A stretch of 64,000 bases of DNA from the NCBI GenBank assembly GCA_963512175.1, contig CAUPLI010000012.1:18522-82521 (forward strand). The letters are read 5' to 3'. Of this stretch, positions 9,758 through 22,014 are shown piece after piece. Position numbers and translations under genes: made by a program. Source of the DNA: an uncultured Hylemonella sp. (lineage in GTDB: Bacteria > Pseudomonadota > Gammaproteobacteria > Burkholderiales > Burkholderiaceae_C). Numbering within the stretch: the stretch's first letter is position 1; every line of letters starts with the position of its first letter. The notes under the pieces are model-generated. The model saw only the letters and a list, made by a program, of their open reading frames with translations. It did not search any database and was not told the origin of the DNA.

Positions 9758-12700
9758 TTATGCCAGTTGGGCGTGCAGTTCCTGCACCGAGTACACGTCC
9801 AGATTGTCCATGTACTTCATGCCCTCGACGGCCGCTTCCGCGCCAGCGATGGTGGTGAAGGTGGTCACGCGGGCCAGCAGGGCCGAGGTGCGAATGTAAC
9901 GCGAATCGGCAATGGCGTTGCGGCGCTCTTCCACCGTGTTGATGACCAGGGCGATTTCCTCGTTCTTGATCATGTCCACGATGTTGGGACGGCCTTCGGT
10001 CACCTTGTTGACGACCTCGCAAGCCAGGCCTGCGGCCTCGATGGCCGCCGCCGTGCCCTTGGTGGCCACGATGGTGAAACCCAGGGCGATCAGGCCCCGG
10101 GCCACGGCCACGGCACGCGGCTTGTCGCTCTGCTTGACCGAGAGGAAGACCCGTCCGGACTTGGGCAGGCGCGTGCCGGCACCGAGCTGCGACTTGACGA
10201 AGGCTTCACCAAAGGTCTTGCCCACGCCCATGACCTCACCGGTGGACTTCATCTCGGGGCCGAGGATGGTGTCCACGCCGGGGAACTTCACGAAGGGGAA
10301 CACAGCCTCTTTCACGCTGAAATAAGGCGGCGTCACTTCCTTGGTGATGCCCTGCGAGGCCAGGGTCTGGCCCGCCATGCAGCGCGCGGCCACCTTGGCC
10401 AGCTGGATGCCGGTGGCCTTGGAAACGTAGGGCACGGTACGCGAGGCGCGCGGGTTCACTTCAAGCACGAAGATCACGTCCTTGCCATCCTGCCTCTGGA
10501 TGGCGAACTGCACGTTCATCAGGCCAATCACATTCAGGGCACCCGCCATGGCGGCGGACTGGCGCTTGAGCTCGTCCACGGTGGCCTGGGACAGGGAGTA
10601 CGGCGGCAGCGAGCAGGCGGAGTCGCCGCTGTGCACGCCAGCCTGTTCGATGTGTTCCATCACGCCGCCGATGAAGGTCTTGCCCTCGGGGTCGCGCAGG
10701 CAGTCCACGTCGCACTCGATAGCGTCGTTCAGGAAACGGTCCAGCAGCACGGGGCTGTCGTTGCTGACCTTGACGGCCTCGCGCATGTAGCGCTCGAGGT
10801 CGCGTTGCTCGTGCACGATCTCCATGGCGCGGCCGCCCAGCACGTAGCTGGGGCGCACCACCAGCGGGTAACCCAGGGTCGCCGCCTTCTCTAGCGCCTC
10901 GGCCTCGGTACGCGCGGTGGCATTGGGCGGCTGCTTGAGGTTCAGCGTGCGCAGCAGGGCCGAGAAACGCTCGCGGTCTTCGGCCGCGTCGATCATGTCC
11001 GGGCTGGTGCCGATGATGGGCACGCCTTCGGCTTCCAGGCCCAGGGCCAGTTTGAGCGGGGTCTGGCCGCCGTACTGCACGATCACGCCGGTAGGCTTTT
11101 CCTTGTCCACGATCTCGAGCACGTCTTCCAGCGTCAGCGGCTCGAAGTAGAGGCGATCCGAGGTGTCGTAGTCGGTGGACACGGTCTCGGGGTTGCAGTT
11201 GACCATGATGGTCTCGTAGCCGTCTTCGCGCATGGCGAGTGCGGCATGGACGCAGCAGTAGTCGAACTCAATGCCCTGGCCGATGCGGTTGGGGCCGCCG
11301 CCCAGCACCATGATCTTCTTCTTGTTGGTCGGCTCGGCCTCGCACTCGTCCTCGTAGCTCGAGTACATGTAGGCGGTGTTGGTCGCGAACTCGGCGGCGC
11401 AGGTGTCCACGCGTTTGTAGACGGGGCGCACTTTCAGGGCGCGACGCGTGTCGCGCACCGCCTTCTCGCTGGTCTTGAGCAGCTTGGCCAGGCGACGGTC
11501 CGAGAAACCCTTTTTCTTCAAGGTGCGCAGCGTGGCCTCGTCCAGCGCGGCCAGGGCCTTTTCGCCCTTCTCGGCGGTCAGCTTGTCCAGGTCGAGTTCG
11601 ATCTTCACGATCTCCTCGATCTGCACCAGGAACCATTTGTCGATCTTGGTCAGGTCGTAGACCTCGTCCACCGACAGGCCCATGGCGAAGGCATCGCCCA
11701 CGTACCAGATGCGCTCGGGGCCGGGCTCGCCCAGCTCCTTCTCCAGCACCTCGCGATCCTGGGTCTTTTCGTTCATGCCGTCGACGCCGACTTCCAGGCC
11801 GCGCAGGGCTTTCTGGAAGGATTCCTGGAAAGTGCGGCCCATGGCCATGACCTCGCCCACCGACTTCATCTGGGTCGTCAGGCGGCTGTCGGCCGTGGGG
11901 AATTTCTCGAAGGCGAAACGCGGGATCTTCGTCACCACGTAGTCGATGCTGGGCTCGAAGCTGGCCGGCGTGGCACCGCCCGTGATGTCGTTGCGCAGCT
12001 CGTCCAGGGTGTAGCCCACGGCCAGCTTGGCCGCGACCTTGGCGATGGGGAAACCCGTGGCCTTGGAGGCCAGCGCCGAAGAGCGGCTCACGCGCGGGTT
12101 CATCTCGATCACGATCATGCGCCCGTCTTTGGGGTTGATCGAGAACTGCACGTTGGAGCCGCCGGTGTCCACGCCGATCTCACGCAGCACCGCCAGCGAG
12201 GCGTTGCGCATGATCTGGTATTCCTTGTCGGTCAGGGTCTGGGCCGGGGCCACGGTGATGGAGTCACCGGTGTGCACGCCCATGGGGTCCAGGTTCTCGA
12301 TCGAGCAGACGATGATGCAGTTGTCGGCTTTGTCGCGCACGACTTCCATCTCGTACTCTTTCCAGCCCAGCAGCGACTCCTCAATGAGCAGCTCCTTGGT
12401 GGGCGAGGCCTCCAGGCCGCGCTTGCAGATCACCTCGAACTCTTCCGGGTTGTAGGCGATGCCGCCACCCGTGCCGCCCAGCGTGAAGCTGGGGCGGATG
12501 ACGGTGGGGAAACCCACGGTCTTCTGCACCGCCCAGGCCTCTTCCATGCTGTGGGCAATGCCCGAACGCGCCGAGCCCAGGCCGATCTTGGTCATGGCCT
12601 GTTTGAACTTCTGACGGTCTTCGGCCTTGTCGATGGCTTCGGGCGTGGCACCGATCAGTTCGACCTTGTACTTGTCGAGCACGCCGTTGTGCCACAGGTC

Positions 12701-13000
12701 CAGCGCACAGTTCAGCGCGGTCTGGCCGCCCATGGTGGGCAGGATGGCGTCGGGTTTTTCCCTGGCGATGATCTTCTCGACCGTCTGCCAGGTGATGGGC
12801 TCGATGTAGGTGACGTCAGCCGTGGCCGGGTCGGTCATGATCGTCGCGGGGTTGCTGTTGATCAGGATGACCTTGTACCCCTCTTCGCGCAGGGCCTTGC
12901 AGGCCTGCACGCCGGAGTAGTCGAACTCGCAGGCTTGGCCGATGATGATCGGGCCGGCGCCGATGATGAGGATCGATTTAATGTCTGAGCGCTTGGGCAT
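9758..13000 (-). CDS. carB: Carbamoyl-phosphate synthase large subunit
   Basis: [30 protein letters not shown]; duplicated ATP-grasp halves; 1080 aa. Confidence 0.98.
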   Translation of the reverse strand: MPKRSDIKSILIIGAGPIIIGQACEFDYSGVQACKALREEGYKVILINSNPATIMTDPATADVTYIEPITWQTVEKIIAREKPDAILPTMGGQTALNCALDLWHNGVLDKYKVELIGATPEAIDKAEDRQKFKQAMTKIGLGSARSGIAHSMEEAWAVQKTVGFPTVIRPSFTLGGTGGGIAYNPEEFEVICKRGLEASPTKELLIEESLLGWKEYEMEVVRDKADNCIIVCSIENLDPMGVHTGDSITVAPAQTLTDKEYQIMRNASLAVLREIGVDTGGSNVQFSINPKDGRMIVIEMNPRVSRSSALASKATGFPIAKVAAKLAVGYTLDELRNDITGGATPASFEPSIDYVVTKIPRFAFEKFPTADSRLTTQMKSVGEVMAMGRTFQESFQKALRGLEVGVDGMNEKTQDREVLEKELGEPGPERIWYVGDAFAMGLSVDEVYDLTKIDKWFLVQIEEIVKIELDLDKLTAEKGEKALAALDEATLRTLKKKGFSDRRLAKLLKTSEKAVRDTRRALKVRPVYKRVDTCAAEFATNTAYMYSSYEDECEAEPTNKKKIMVLGGGPNRIGQGIEFDYCCVHAALAMREDGYETIMVNCNPETVSTDYDTSDRLYFEPLTLEDVLEIVDKEKPTGVIVQYGGQTPLKLALGLEAEGVPIIGTSPDMIDAAEDRERFSALLRTLNLKQPPNATARTEAEALEKAATLGYPLVVRPSYVLGGRAMEIVHEQRDLERYMREAVKVSNDSPVLLDRFLNDAIECDVDCLRDPEGKTFIGGVMEHIEQAGVHSGDSACSLPPYSLSQATVDELKRQSAAMAGALNVIGLMNVQFAIQRQDGKDVIFVLEVNPRASRTVPYVSKATGIQLAKVAARCMAGQTLASQGITKEVTPPYFSVKEAVFPFVKFPGVDTILGPEMKSTGEVMGVGKTFGEAFVKSQLGAGTRLPKSGRVFLSVKQSDKPRAVAVARGLIALGFTIVATKGTAAAIEAAGLACEVVNKVTEGRPNIVDMIKNEEIALVINTVEERRNAIADSRYIRTSALLARVTTFTTIAGAEAAVEGMKYMDNLDVYSVQELHAQLA

Positions 13001-14188
13001 TTACTTTTTCTCCCCCAGCGTCTTGGGCTGGTTTTCCATTAGCGCCGTGAAGCGGTCGAACAGGTAGGCAATGTCGTGCGGGCCGGGCGAGGCTTCCGGG
13101 TGGCCCTGGAAGCAGAAGGCCGGCTTGTCGGTGCGGGTCAGGCCCTGCAGCGTGCCGTCGAACAGGCTCACGTGGGTGGCGCGCAGGTTGGCGGGCAGCG
13201 ATTCCATTTCCACGGCAAAGCCGTGGTTCTGGCTGGTGATGCTCACACGGCCGTTGTCCAGGTCTTTTACCGGGTGGTTGGCGCCGTGGTGGCTGTTTTG
13301 CATCTTGAAGGTCTTGGCCCCGGAGGCCAAGGCCATGATCTGGTGACCCAGACAGATGCCGAAGGTGGGGATGCCGGCCTCGATGATCTCGCGCGTGGAG
13401 CGAATAGCGTAGTCGCAGGGCTCCGGGTCACCCGGGCCGTTGGAGAGAAACACACCGTCGGGCTTGAGCGCAAGCACGTCTTTGGCGGGTGTCTTGGCCG
13501 GCACCACGGTCAGTTTGCAGCCCCGCTGGGCCAGCATGCGCAGGATGTTCTTCTTGACACCGTAGTCGTAGGCCACGACGTGAAACTTGGGGGCGGTCTG
13601 CTCGCCGTAGCCCGAGCCCAGTTGCCATTCGGTCTGGGTCCAAGGGTAGGACTTGGCGGTGGTCACCACCTGGGCCAGATCCAGGCCCTTCATGCTGGGC
13701 GCGGCCTTGGCGGCGGCCAGGGCTTCGTCGATGCGGGCCTGGGTCACGGCCTCGCCGGCCTTGAGCGCCACGATAGCGCCGTTCTGCGCACCCTTGCTGC
13801 GCAGCAGGCGGGTGAGCTTGCGGGTGTCGAGGTTGGCAATGGCCACGGTCTTCTCGCGCACCAGGTACTGAGAGAGTGTCTCGGTACTGCGGAAGTTGGA
13901 CGCCAGCAGGGGCAGGTCCTTGATGATGAGACCGGCGGCATGGATCTTCTCGGCTTCGACGTCCTCGGGGTTGATGCCGTAGTTGCCGATGTGCGGATAC
14001 GTGAGGGTCACGATCTGCCGGCAGTAACTCGGATCAGTGAGGATTTCCTGGTAGCCGGTCATGGCGGTGTTGAACACCACCTCGCCGACCGTGGTGCCGG
14101 TGGCACCGATGGAATTGCCGATAAAGACCGTGCCGTCTGCGAGCGCCAGGATGGCGTGAGGGGTGGTTCCCTGGAGAGACAAAAGCAC
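13001..14188 (-). CDS. carA: Carbamoyl-phosphate synthase small (glutaminase) subunit
   Basis: [12 protein letters not shown]...[21 protein letters not shown]; catalytic GICLGHQ. GTG start at 14186-14188 with GGAG 6 nt upstream. The stop abuts the carB start. Confidence 0.97.
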   Translation of the reverse strand: MLLSLQGTTPHAILALADGTVFIGNSIGATGTTVGEVVFNTAMTGYQEILTDPSYCRQIVTLTYPHIGNYGINPEDVEAEKIHAAGLIIKDLPLLASNFRSTETLSQYLVREKTVAIANLDTRKLTRLLRSKGAQNGAIVALKAGEAVTQARIDEALAAAKAAPSMKGLDLAQVVTTAKSYPWTQTEWQLGSGYGEQTAPKFHVVAYDYGVKKNILRMLAQRGCKLTVVPAKTPAKDVLALKPDGVFLSNGPGDPEPCDYAIRSTREIIEAGIPTFGICLGHQIMALASGAKTFKMQNSHHGANHPVKDLDNGRVSITSQNHGFAVEMESLPANLRATHVSLFDGTLQGLTRTDKPAFCFQGHPEASPGPHDIAYLFDRFTALMENQPKTLGEKK

Positions 14189-14312
14189 TGGGTACTCCGT
14201 TGGTTACGGGCGCGCCCACGCACTTACAGGAAACGGGTCCTGGCTGCTGCTTTAAAGAGGGATTGTTCGGCCTGAAATGCGCTGGGGCGGCTGGATTTCT
14301 GAACAGTTCAAG

Positions 14313-14318
14313 ATTATA
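14313..14318 (-). promoter_or_regulatory. Candidate -10 hexamer (TATAAT) for carAB
   Basis: Minus strand reads TATAAT here, about 125 nt upstream of the carA GTG. There is no convincing -35. The palindrome TGAACAGTTCA (14300-14310) lies just downstream. Confidence 0.35.
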
Positions 14319-14389
14319 GCTTAGGGCCGAGGGGCCCTCGCATTGCTCACCTTGCGCAGCCCCGCCTTGCAAGGGCTTTGAGAAACGGC

Positions 14390-15170
14390 TCAGACTGCCG
14401 TGACCGCTACGGCGCTGGCGTGCAGACAGATGGCGGCGGCGGCGGCCACATTGAGCGACTCCTCACCGCCAGGCTGGGCGATGCGGACGAAGAGCGCGGC
14501 GCGCGACATCAGTTCAGCCCCGACGCCCTGCCCTTCATGGCCCAGCGCCCAGGCGCAAGGCCAGGGCAACTTCTGCCGCTGGATCAGTTCACCCTGATGC
14601 GAACTGGTCACGATGATGGGCACAGCCAGTTCTTTGAGGGTCACGGCATCCAGTCCCTCGATCAGGTGCAACCCAAAATGCGCGCCCATACCAGCCCGCA
14701 GCACCTTGGGGCTCCAGAGCGCTGCCGTACCCTTGATGGCGATCACCTGTTGGAAACCGAAAGCCGCCGCGCTGCGCAGGATGGATCCCACGTTGCCGGC
14801 GTCCTGCACGCGGTCCAGGATGACCGAGGCCAGGCCGGGCTGCAGAGCTGCGTCAGTCGGCAGATCGAACACAAAACCCAGTCGGGACGGTGATTCCAGG
14901 CCGCTGATGCCGTCGAACAGCGCATCGGGCACCAGCAGGGTCTTGGCCGCACAGGCACCGAACTCGGCTGCAAAAACCGGCCAGGCAGATTCAGCAAAAA
15001 CAGCGATCGCCGGGGATCGTCCGCGCTGCAAGGCGGCGCGGCAGAGATGGTCCCCCTCCACCCAGAAACGGCCCGTCTTGCGGTAGGCCGTGCTGTCCTG
15101 CGCCAGGCGGCGCAGCTCCTTGAGCAGCGGGTTGTCACGCGAACTGATGAGGATCGGATCCTGACTCACC
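14390..15170 (-). CDS. TrmH/SpoU-family RNA 2'-O-methyltransferase
   Basis: SpoU_sub_bind-like N-terminus ([12 protein letters not shown]) and SpoU motifs ([39 protein letters not shown]). GTG start at 15168-15170 overlaps the rnhB stop (GTGA). The longer ORF to 15316 is rejected. Confidence 0.9.
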
Positions 15171-15783
15171 GCAAGACCTCCGTCACCGGGGCAAAAGTCT
15201 TGCGGTGCTGCGGGCAGGCGCCGTGCTGGCGCAAGGCCGCCAGGTGCTCGGCGGTGCCGTAACCCTTGTGGGCCGCAAAACCGTACTGCGGGAACTCGCG
15301 GTCGTATTCGGCACACCAGCGGTCACGGTGCACCTTGGCCAGGATGGAGGCGGCCGAGATCGCCGGCACGGTGGCATCACCCTTGACGATGGCTTCGGCC
15401 AGCACGTCCAGCACCGGCAGGCGGTTGCCGTCCACCAGCACCTTGGCAGGCTTGAGACGCAGGCCCTCAACGGCGCGACGCATGGCCAGCAGCGTGGCCT
15501 GCAGGATGTTCAGCGTGTCGATCTCTTCCACACTGGCTTCGGCGATCGAGCAGCACAGGGCCTTGGCGCGGATCTCGTCGTACAGCTTCTCGCGGCGCGC
15601 AGCGCTGAGTTTCTTGGAATCGGCCAGGCCGGCGATGGGGTTCAGTTCATCCAGGATGACGGCGGCCGCCACCACGGGGCCGGCCAGCGGGCCGCGCCCG
15701 GCCTCGTCCACCCCGGCCACCAGGCCCGGGGTGTCCCACATCAGGGTGGCCTGTTCAGCCAGCAAGAACTTGCGCGATCGCAT
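15166..15783 (-). CDS. rnhB: Ribonuclease HII
   Basis: [25 protein letters not shown] motif. ATG at 15781-15783 overlaps the lpxB end by 29 nt; an alternative ATG is at 15741. Confidence 0.93.
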   Translation of the reverse strand: MRSRKFLLAEQATLMWDTPGLVAGVDEAGRGPLAGPVVAAAVILDELNPIAGLADSKKLSAARREKLYDEIRAKALCCSIAEASVEEIDTLNILQATLLAMRRAVEGLRLKPAKVLVDGNRLPVLDVLAEAIVKGDATVPAISAASILAKVHRDRWCAEYDREFPQYGFAAHKGYGTAEHLAALRQHGACPQHRKTFAPVTEVLR

Positions 15784-16894
15784 TGGCAGCCAGTCGGGGG
15801 GTATCGCGCAGCAGTTCTTCGTGCAAGGCGGTGAAGGTGTTTTCGAGCACCGCCACGCGCGCCGGGGCATCGAGCCACTGCAGGGTGGCTGCGGCCAGCT
15901 TCTCCGGGCTGGCCTCGTGCTGGATCAGTTCGGGCACCACGAAATCGCGGCACAGGATGTTGGGCAGCCCGATCCAGGGCTGCAGGTGTTTGCGTTTCAT
16001 GAGCTGGTAACTCAGCCAGTTCATGTTGTAGGCAATCACCATGGGGCGCTTGAACAACGCGGCTTCCAGCGTCGCGGTACCGCTGGCAATCAAGGTCACA
16101 TCGCAGGCCGCCAGCACCGCATGAGACTGGCCGTCGATGATCTGCAGCTTCCCTTCCATGCCTGCATCGCGCGCGGCGCGCTCGATAGCGGGACGCAGGG
16201 CCGGGATGGCGGGGACGACGAACTTGAGCGACGGACGGACGCGCTGCATCAAGGCCGCGGCGCGGAAGAAACGCTCGGCCAGGTACTTGATTTCGGAAGC
16301 GCGGCTGCCGGGCAGGATGGCGATCACGCGCTCATCGACGGACAGGCCAAGGGCCGCCCGCGCCGCCACACGGTCGGGCGCCATGGGAATCACATTGGCC
16401 AGCGGGTGCCCGACATAGGTGGCGGCGATGCCGTGCCGGGCCAGCAGTTCGACCTCAAAGGGAAAAATACACAGCACGTGGTCGACGCTGCGCCTGATTT
16501 TCTCCACGCGTTCGGGCCGCCAGGCCCAGATGGAGGGACAGACGAAGTGAACGGTCCTGACACCCTCGGCCTTCAGGTCATGCTCCAGGTCGAGGTTGAA
16601 ATCCGGCGCATCGACGCCGATGAAAACATCCGGTTTGTCCTGCAACAGTCTGCTTTTAAGCTGCTCGCGGATGCCGACGATCTCTCGGTAGTGGCGCAGC
16701 ACCTCGATATAACCGCGCACGGCCAGTTTGTCGCTGGGCCACCAGGCCTGGAAACCGCGTTTGACCATCTGCGGTCCACCGATGCCTTTGGTCTGTGCCT
16801 CAGGCCAACGGCTCTTCAGGCCATCCAGCAGCAAACCAGCCAACAAGTCACCGGAGGTTTCCCCGGCAACCATGGCCACGCGGGGAGTGTCCAT
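15755..16894 (-). CDS. lpxB: Lipid-A-disaccharide synthase
   Basis: [14 protein letters not shown]-terminal motif; 379 aa; position between lpxA and rnhB. Confidence 0.96.
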   Translation of the reverse strand: MDTPRVAMVAGETSGDLLAGLLLDGLKSRWPEAQTKGIGGPQMVKRGFQAWWPSDKLAVRGYIEVLRHYREIVGIREQLKSRLLQDKPDVFIGVDAPDFNLDLEHDLKAEGVRTVHFVCPSIWAWRPERVEKIRRSVDHVLCIFPFEVELLARHGIAATYVGHPLANVIPMAPDRVAARAALGLSVDERVIAILPGSRASEIKYLAERFFRAAALMQRVRPSLKFVVPAIPALRPAIERAARDAGMEGKLQIIDGQSHAVLAACDVTLIASGTATLEAALFKRPMVIAYNMNWLSYQLMKRKHLQPWIGLPNILCRDFVVPELIQHEASPEKLAAATLQWLDAPARVAVLENTFTALHEELLRDTPRLAANAIAQVLAG

Positions 16895-16900
16895 GATGCG

Positions 16901-17695
16901 TCAGCGGATGATGCCGCGCTGCGGCGTGGTCTGGGACAGGAAGTCCTGCATCAACGCCACGTCCGGCGCCGCCTCAGGGTAGCGCTCGGTCAGCGTCGCG
17001 ATCTGGGCTTGCGACTGCTCCATGGTCAGCCCGTCGCGGTACAGGGCCTTGTGCATGGCCTTGACGGCACTGATACGTTCGGGCGAAAAGCCACGCCGAC
17101 GCAGGCCCTCGAAATTCATCGAACGCGCTTCGGCCGGTTGGCCCTGGCACATCACGAAGGGCGGCAGGTCGCCAAACAGCAGAGAACACATGGCGCTCAT
17201 GCTGTGGGCGCCGATGCGCACGAACTGGTGCACCACTGTGTAACCACCCAGAATGACCCAGTCGCCCACGACCACGTGACCCGCCAGCTGGGTGTTGTTG
17301 GCGAAGGTGACGTTGTTGCCCACCAGGCAGTCATGCGCAAGGTGGGTGTAGGCCATCATCCAGTTGTCGTTTCCCATCCGGGTCACGCCGCCCCCCTGAA
17401 CCGTACCGATGTGGTAGGTGCTGTATTCGCGGATGGTGTTGCGCTCACCGATGATGAGCTCGCAGGGTTCGCCTTTGTATTTCTTGTCCTGGTTGTCAGA
17501 ACCGAGCGAGACGAACTGGAAGAAACGGTTGTCACGCCCGATGGTGGTATGGCCCTCGATCACGCAGTGCGAGGCGATGCGCGTACCGGCCCCGATCTTC
17601 ACGTGCGGACCGATCACCGTGTACGGCCCCACTGTCACCGTGCTGTCGAGCTCGGCTTTGGGATCGATGACGGCCGTTGGGTGTATCAACGTCAC
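16901..17695 (-). CDS. lpxA: Acyl-ACP--UDP-N-acetylglucosamine O-acyltransferase
   Basis: [34 protein letters not shown] hexapeptide repeats. GTG start at 17693-17695. The track ORF to 18250 runs through fabZ in another frame. Confidence 0.95.
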   Translation of the reverse strand: MTLIHPTAVIDPKAELDSTVTVGPYTVIGPHVKIGAGTRIASHCVIEGHTTIGRDNRFFQFVSLGSDNQDKKYKGEPCELIIGERNTIREYSTYHIGTVQGGGVTRMGNDNWMMAYTHLAHDCLVGNNVTFANNTQLAGHVVVGDWVILGGYTVVHQFVRIGAHSMSAMCSLLFGDLPPFVMCQGQPAEARSMNFEGLRRRGFSPERISAVKAMHKALYRDGLTMEQSQAQIATLTERYPEAAPDVALMQDFLSQTTPQRGIIR

Positions 17696-17709
17696 GCTGG
17701 CGCCTCCGG

Positions 17710-18153
17710 TCAGGCGATCTTGCGCATGGTGCACATGAGCTCGGCTTCCACCGCCAGCTCCTCGCCCACCATGGCCCGGGCCTTGAATTTGAAGATGCCG
17801 GCCTTCATGCGATCGAGATCGACTTCCAGGATCAGCTGGTCGCCCGGCTCCACCGGCCGCTTGAAACGCGCGCCATCGATGCCGGCAAAGTAATAGACGG
17901 TGTTGTCGTCGGGCACGCTGTCCAGCGTCTCGAAAGACAGCAGGGCAGCTGCCTGGGCCAGTGCTTCGAGCATCAGCACACCAGGCATGACGGGGCGGTG
18001 CGGGAAGTGGCCGTTGAAGAACTGCTCGTTGATGGTGACGTTCTTCAGCGCCTTGATGCGCTTGCCCTTCTCGACTTCCAGCACACGGTCTACCAGCAGG
18101 AAGGGGTAGCGGTGCGGGAGTTTCTTGAGGATCTGGTGGATGTCCATCATCAT
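17710..18153 (-). CDS. fabZ: 3-hydroxyacyl-ACP dehydratase FabZ
   Basis: [13 protein letters not shown]...[16 protein letters not shown]; 147 aa. Start overlaps the lpxD stop. Confidence 0.97.
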   Translation of the reverse strand: MMMDIHQILKKLPHRYPFLLVDRVLEVEKGKRIKALKNVTINEQFFNGHFPHRPVMPGVLMLEALAQAAALLSFETLDSVPDDNTVYYFAGIDGARFKRPVEPGDQLILEVDLDRMKAGIFKFKARAMVGEELAVEAELMCTMRKIA

Positions 18154-19133
18154 TTTTTCGTTTCCTTGAGTTCTTTTTCCAGCGCGCGCAGGCGCTCGCG
18201 CAGGGTGGAGAGCTGCTTGAGCGTGGCGGCATTCTTTTCCCAGGACGCATTGTCCTCCAGTGGGTAGAAGCCGGTGTAGTGCCCCGGTTTGTTGATCGAG
18301 CGCGTGACCAGCGAGAACGAGGACACGTTCACCCCGTCCGCGATCGTCAGGTGGCCCAGCACGCCGGCGCTGCCGCCGATGGTGCAGTTGGCCCCGATGG
18401 TAGCGCTGCCGGCCACGCCCACACAGCCGGCCATGGCAGTGTTGCGGCCCACGCGCACGTTGTGGCCGATCTGGATCAGGTTGTCGAGCTTGACGCCGTC
18501 CTCGATCACCGTATCGCTCAGAGCGCCGCGATCAATGCAGGTGTTGGCACCGATCTCGACGTCGTTGCCGATGCGCACGGCGCCCAGTTGCTCGATCTTC
18601 TCCCAGCGCTCGCCATCCTTGGCAAAACCGAAGCCGTCAGCGCCGATCACCACGCCCGGGTGCACGACGCAGCGCTCACCGATCACACAATCCTCGCCGA
18701 GGGTGACGCGGGACTTGAGCACGCTGTGTGCACCGATACGCGCCCCACGCTCGACCACGCACAGTGGCCCGATCTCGGCCTGCGGGTCGACATGGGCTCC
18801 GGGGTCGACGATCGCGCTCGGATGGATGCGCGGACCGGCAGGCAACTGCCGCGCCCGCCGCCAGAGCTGGGTCACCCGCGCGAAATAGAGATAAGGATTG
18901 TCGGCAACGATGCAGGCGCCGCGGGCGGCAGCCTCGGCCTGCATCTGCGGCCCGACGATCACGCAGCCGGCGCGCGTGGCGGCCAGTTGCTGGCGGTATT
19001 TGGGGTTGCTCAGGAAGCTGAGGTGCTGGGGCTCCGCCAGATCGAGAGGCGCCAGGGCCTGGATTTCCAACGCGGGGTCGCCAAACAGTTCGCCCCCGAG
19101 CTGCTCGACGATGTTGCCTAGACGCAAAACCAC
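18150..19133 (-). CDS. lpxD: UDP-3-O-acylglucosamine N-acyltransferase
   Basis: [19 protein letters not shown]-terminus, hexapeptide repeats, GTG start. Confidence 0.95.
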   Translation of the reverse strand: MVLRLGNIVEQLGGELFGDPALEIQALAPLDLAEPQHLSFLSNPKYRQQLAATRAGCVIVGPQMQAEAAARGACIVADNPYLYFARVTQLWRRARQLPAGPRIHPSAIVDPGAHVDPQAEIGPLCVVERGARIGAHSVLKSRVTLGEDCVIGERCVVHPGVVIGADGFGFAKDGERWEKIEQLGAVRIGNDVEIGANTCIDRGALSDTVIEDGVKLDNLIQIGHNVRVGRNTAMAGCVGVAGSATIGANCTIGGSAGVLGHLTIADGVNVSSFSLVTRSINKPGHYTGFYPLEDNASWEKNAATLKQLSTLRERLRALEKELKETKK

Positions 19134-19164
19134 ACGCGATCTGCCCGCAAAAATCCGTGCAACC

Positions 19165-19677
19165 TTACTTGGTCACGGTGGCGTTGAGGGCCTTGATCAC
19201 CTTGTCGGTGATGTCGTGCCGGGGGTTGACGTAGACCGCTTCCTGGAGGATCAGGTCGTATTTTTCAGCGTCGGCCACCTGCTTGACCACGCGGTTGGCG
19301 CGCTCGAACACCTGCTGCAATTCCTCATTGCGGCGGGCATTGAGATCTTCCTGGAATTCGCGGCGCTTGCGCTGGAAGTCGCGGTCCAGCTCGACCAGCT
19401 GCTTCTGGCGGGTTACGCGCTGGCTTTCCGACAGCGTGGGCGCCTCGCGCTCAAGCTGCTCGGCCGAACTCTTGATGCTGGCCCCCTGGGCCTGCAACTC
19501 CTTCTCACGCTTGGAGAACTCCTGCTCCAGCTTGACCTGTGCATTCTTGGCAGGCACCGCCTCCTTGATGATGCGATCCAGGCTGACGAAGCCGAGCCGG
19601 AATTCCTGGGCCAGTACCGGCGCGGCCAACAGGCTCAGACCCAGCAGCAGATAGGCAGGACGTATGAAGTACTTCAT
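19165..19677 (-). CDS. skp: Periplasmic chaperone Skp (OmpH)
   Basis: Signal peptide [23 protein letters not shown], coiled-coil KE-rich body, and position between bamA and lpxD. The ATG overlaps the bamA TGA by 1 nt. Confidence 0.92.
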   Translation of the reverse strand: MKYFIRPAYLLLGLSLLAAPVLAQEFRLGFVSLDRIIKEAVPAKNAQVKLEQEFSKREKELQAQGASIKSSAEQLEREAPTLSESQRVTRQKQLVELDRDFQRKRREFQEDLNARRNEELQQVFERANRVVKQVADAEKYDLILQEAVYVNPRHDITDKVIKALNATVTK

Positions 19678-21968
19678 CAGAATGTGGTCCCAATCTGGAA
19701 TTGCAGATACTGGATTCTATCGCCTTCGAATTGCCGGATGGGACGGGCAAAGGCCAGGCGCAAGGGCCCCAGGGGCGAGATCCAGCTGATACCGACACCA
19801 CCGCCCACCCGGAAGTTGGCCGGATCGATCGGATCGTCCGGCCCATAGACGTTGCCGGTATCGACGAAGGTATAGACGCGCAGGGTCCGATCGTTGCCGG
19901 CACCGGGGAAAGGTGCTTGCAGCTCGATGTTGAAATTGACCTTTTTGGGTCCGCCGTAGGTCAGGCCCGTGGCTGCGTCGCGCGGCCCCAGACTGCCCGC
20001 CTCGAAGCCACGCACCGAGCCCAGGCCGCCACCATAGAAGTTCTTGAACAGCGGATAGGGTCGGCCATCGATGCCCTGGCCCAGCGCCAGATCCGTATTG
20101 AAAGCAAAGGTGTATTGCTTGGTCAGCGGAACATAGTGCTGATAGTTATAAGTGCCACGGATGTAGCGCACCTCACCGAAGGTGCTCCACTCGGCGGTGG
20201 CGCGCTGGAAATTGCCGCTGGTCGGCACCAGGGCGCTATCGCGGTTGTCCCGCCCCCAACCCAGGGTCAGCGGCACGGCCGTGCTGGCGTAACCGAACTG
20301 GTCGGCATAACTCTGGTAGGCCGCTGGCAGGTAGGTACCCGGCTGGATGGTAGTGCGCTCGACACCGGCTCCCAGATAAACAGTGTCACGCTCGGTGAAA
20401 GGGATACCAAATCGAATGCTGCTGCCCACCGTCTCCAGCGCATAGGAATCTTCGTAGTAATAGGGGCGTGAGACCCGCTGGTACACATCGATGGTGCGCG
20501 ACACCCCGTCCTGCGTGAAGTACGGGTCGGTCGTATTGATCACGATCACGCGATTGATCTTGCTGGTGTTGATCTGCACGCCCAGCGAGTTGCCGCTGCC
20601 AAAAGCGTTCTGCTGGCTCACGCCAAACATCAGCCCCAGGCCCTCGCTGCTGGAAAAACCCGCGCCCAGGGTCAGGCTGCCGGTGGGTCGCTCGACGACC
20701 TTCATGGTCAGGTCCACCTGGTCGGTCGTACCCGGCACTTCAGTGGTCTCCATCGTGACCTCGCTGAAGTAGCCCAGCCGGTCCACCCGATTGCGCGACA
20801 GGCGGATCCTGTCACTGTCGTACCAGGACGATTCGTACTGGCGGAATTCGCGGCGGATCACCTCGTCGCGCGTACGGTTGTTACCCGCCACGTTGATGCG
20901 CCGCACATAGGCACGGCGCGAAGGCTCGGCCTGCAGTACCAGCGTCACCCGGTTGGTGCTTCGATCGATGTCGGGCACAGACTGAACGCGGGCAAAGGCA
21001 TAACCGAAACGGCCGAAATACTCAGTGAAGGCCTTGACCGTCTCGGCGACCCGGTCAGCGTTGTAGGCCTCACCGGGGCGAATCGACACCATGGCCTTGA
21101 ACTCGTCCTCGCGCCCCAGGTAGTTGCCTGCCAGGCGCACCCCGGCCACGACGAAACGCTCACCCTCGGTCACATTGTGGGTGATGGAAATATCCTGCTT
21201 GTTGGGGGCGATCGCCACCTGTGTCGAATCCACCCGGAATTCCAGGTAGCCGCGCGTCAGGTAGTAGGAACGCATCGTCTCGATGTCGGCATTGAGCTTG
21301 GCACGTGAGTAACGGTCCGACTTGGTGTACCAGCTCATCCAGTTACCGGTGTCCAGGTCGAACAGGTTACGCAGGGTGGATTCGGAAAATGCCTTATTGC
21401 CGACGATGCGGATCTCGCTGATCTTGGCCGGTTCGCCTTCGCTGACGGTGAAGGCCAGGCTCACGCGGTTGCGCTCGACCGGCGTCACGGTGCTCACCAC
21501 CTCGGCCGCATACAGGCTGCGGTTGATGTACTGGCGCTTGAGTTCCTGCTCGGCCCGGTCCAGCATCGCCTTGTCGAAAGGGCGGCCTTCGGCCAGGCCG
21601 ATATCCCGCAAGGCCTTGGTCAGCACGTCCTTGTCGAACTCGCGGGTTCCGATGAACTCGACGCCAGACACGCTGGGCCGCTCCTCGACCACCACCACCA
21701 GCACGTCCCCGTTGATCTCCAGGCGCACGTCGGTGAACAGGCCCAGGGCAAACAGCGCCCGGATCGAGGCCGTGCCCTTCTCGTCGTTGTAGGTGTCCCC
21801 CACGCGCAGCGGCATGGAGGCGAAGACGGTCCCCGGCTCGACGCGTTGCAGCCCCTCGACCTGGATGTCGCGGATCTTGAAAGGCTCGGCGGCCCAGGCC
21901 ATGTGCGCGGCCAGCAACAGGGCTGCCACCAGGGAGGCGGCACGCAGGCTATATCGTTTGAATTGCAT
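19677..21968 (-). CDS. bamA: Outer membrane protein assembly factor BamA
   Basis: Signal peptide MQFKRYSLRAASLVAALLLAAHMAWA; IRDIQVEGLQRV POTRA start; C-terminal ...QFQIGTTF beta-barrel signature. An alternative GTG start is at 21998. Confidence 0.96.
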   Translation of the reverse strand: MQFKRYSLRAASLVAALLLAAHMAWAAEPFKIRDIQVEGLQRVEPGTVFASMPLRVGDTYNDEKGTASIRALFALGLFTDVRLEINGDVLVVVVEERPSVSGVEFIGTREFDKDVLTKALRDIGLAEGRPFDKAMLDRAEQELKRQYINRSLYAAEVVSTVTPVERNRVSLAFTVSEGEPAKISEIRIVGNKAFSESTLRNLFDLDTGNWMSWYTKSDRYSRAKLNADIETMRSYYLTRGYLEFRVDSTQVAIAPNKQDISITHNVTEGERFVVAGVRLAGNYLGREDEFKAMVSIRPGEAYNADRVAETVKAFTEYFGRFGYAFARVQSVPDIDRSTNRVTLVLQAEPSRRAYVRRINVAGNNRTRDEVIRREFRQYESSWYDSDRIRLSRNRVDRLGYFSEVTMETTEVPGTTDQVDLTMKVVERPTGSLTLGAGFSSSEGLGLMFGVSQQNAFGSGNSLGVQINTSKINRVIVINTTDPYFTQDGVSRTIDVYQRVSRPYYYEDSYALETVGSSIRFGIPFTERDTVYLGAGVERTTIQPGTYLPAAYQSYADQFGYASTAVPLTLGWGRDNRDSALVPTSGNFQRATAEWSTFGEVRYIRGTYNYQHYVPLTKQYTFAFNTDLALGQGIDGRPYPLFKNFYGGGLGSVRGFEAGSLGPRDAATGLTYGGPKKVNFNIELQAPFPGAGNDRTLRVYTFVDTGNVYGPDDPIDPANFRVGGGVGISWISPLGPLRLAFARPIRQFEGDRIQYLQFQIGTTF

Positions 21969-22014
21969 CGGTCTACTTGAAATTTGGCTGGGGCACACCG
22001 TCAGGTCCGGTGGT

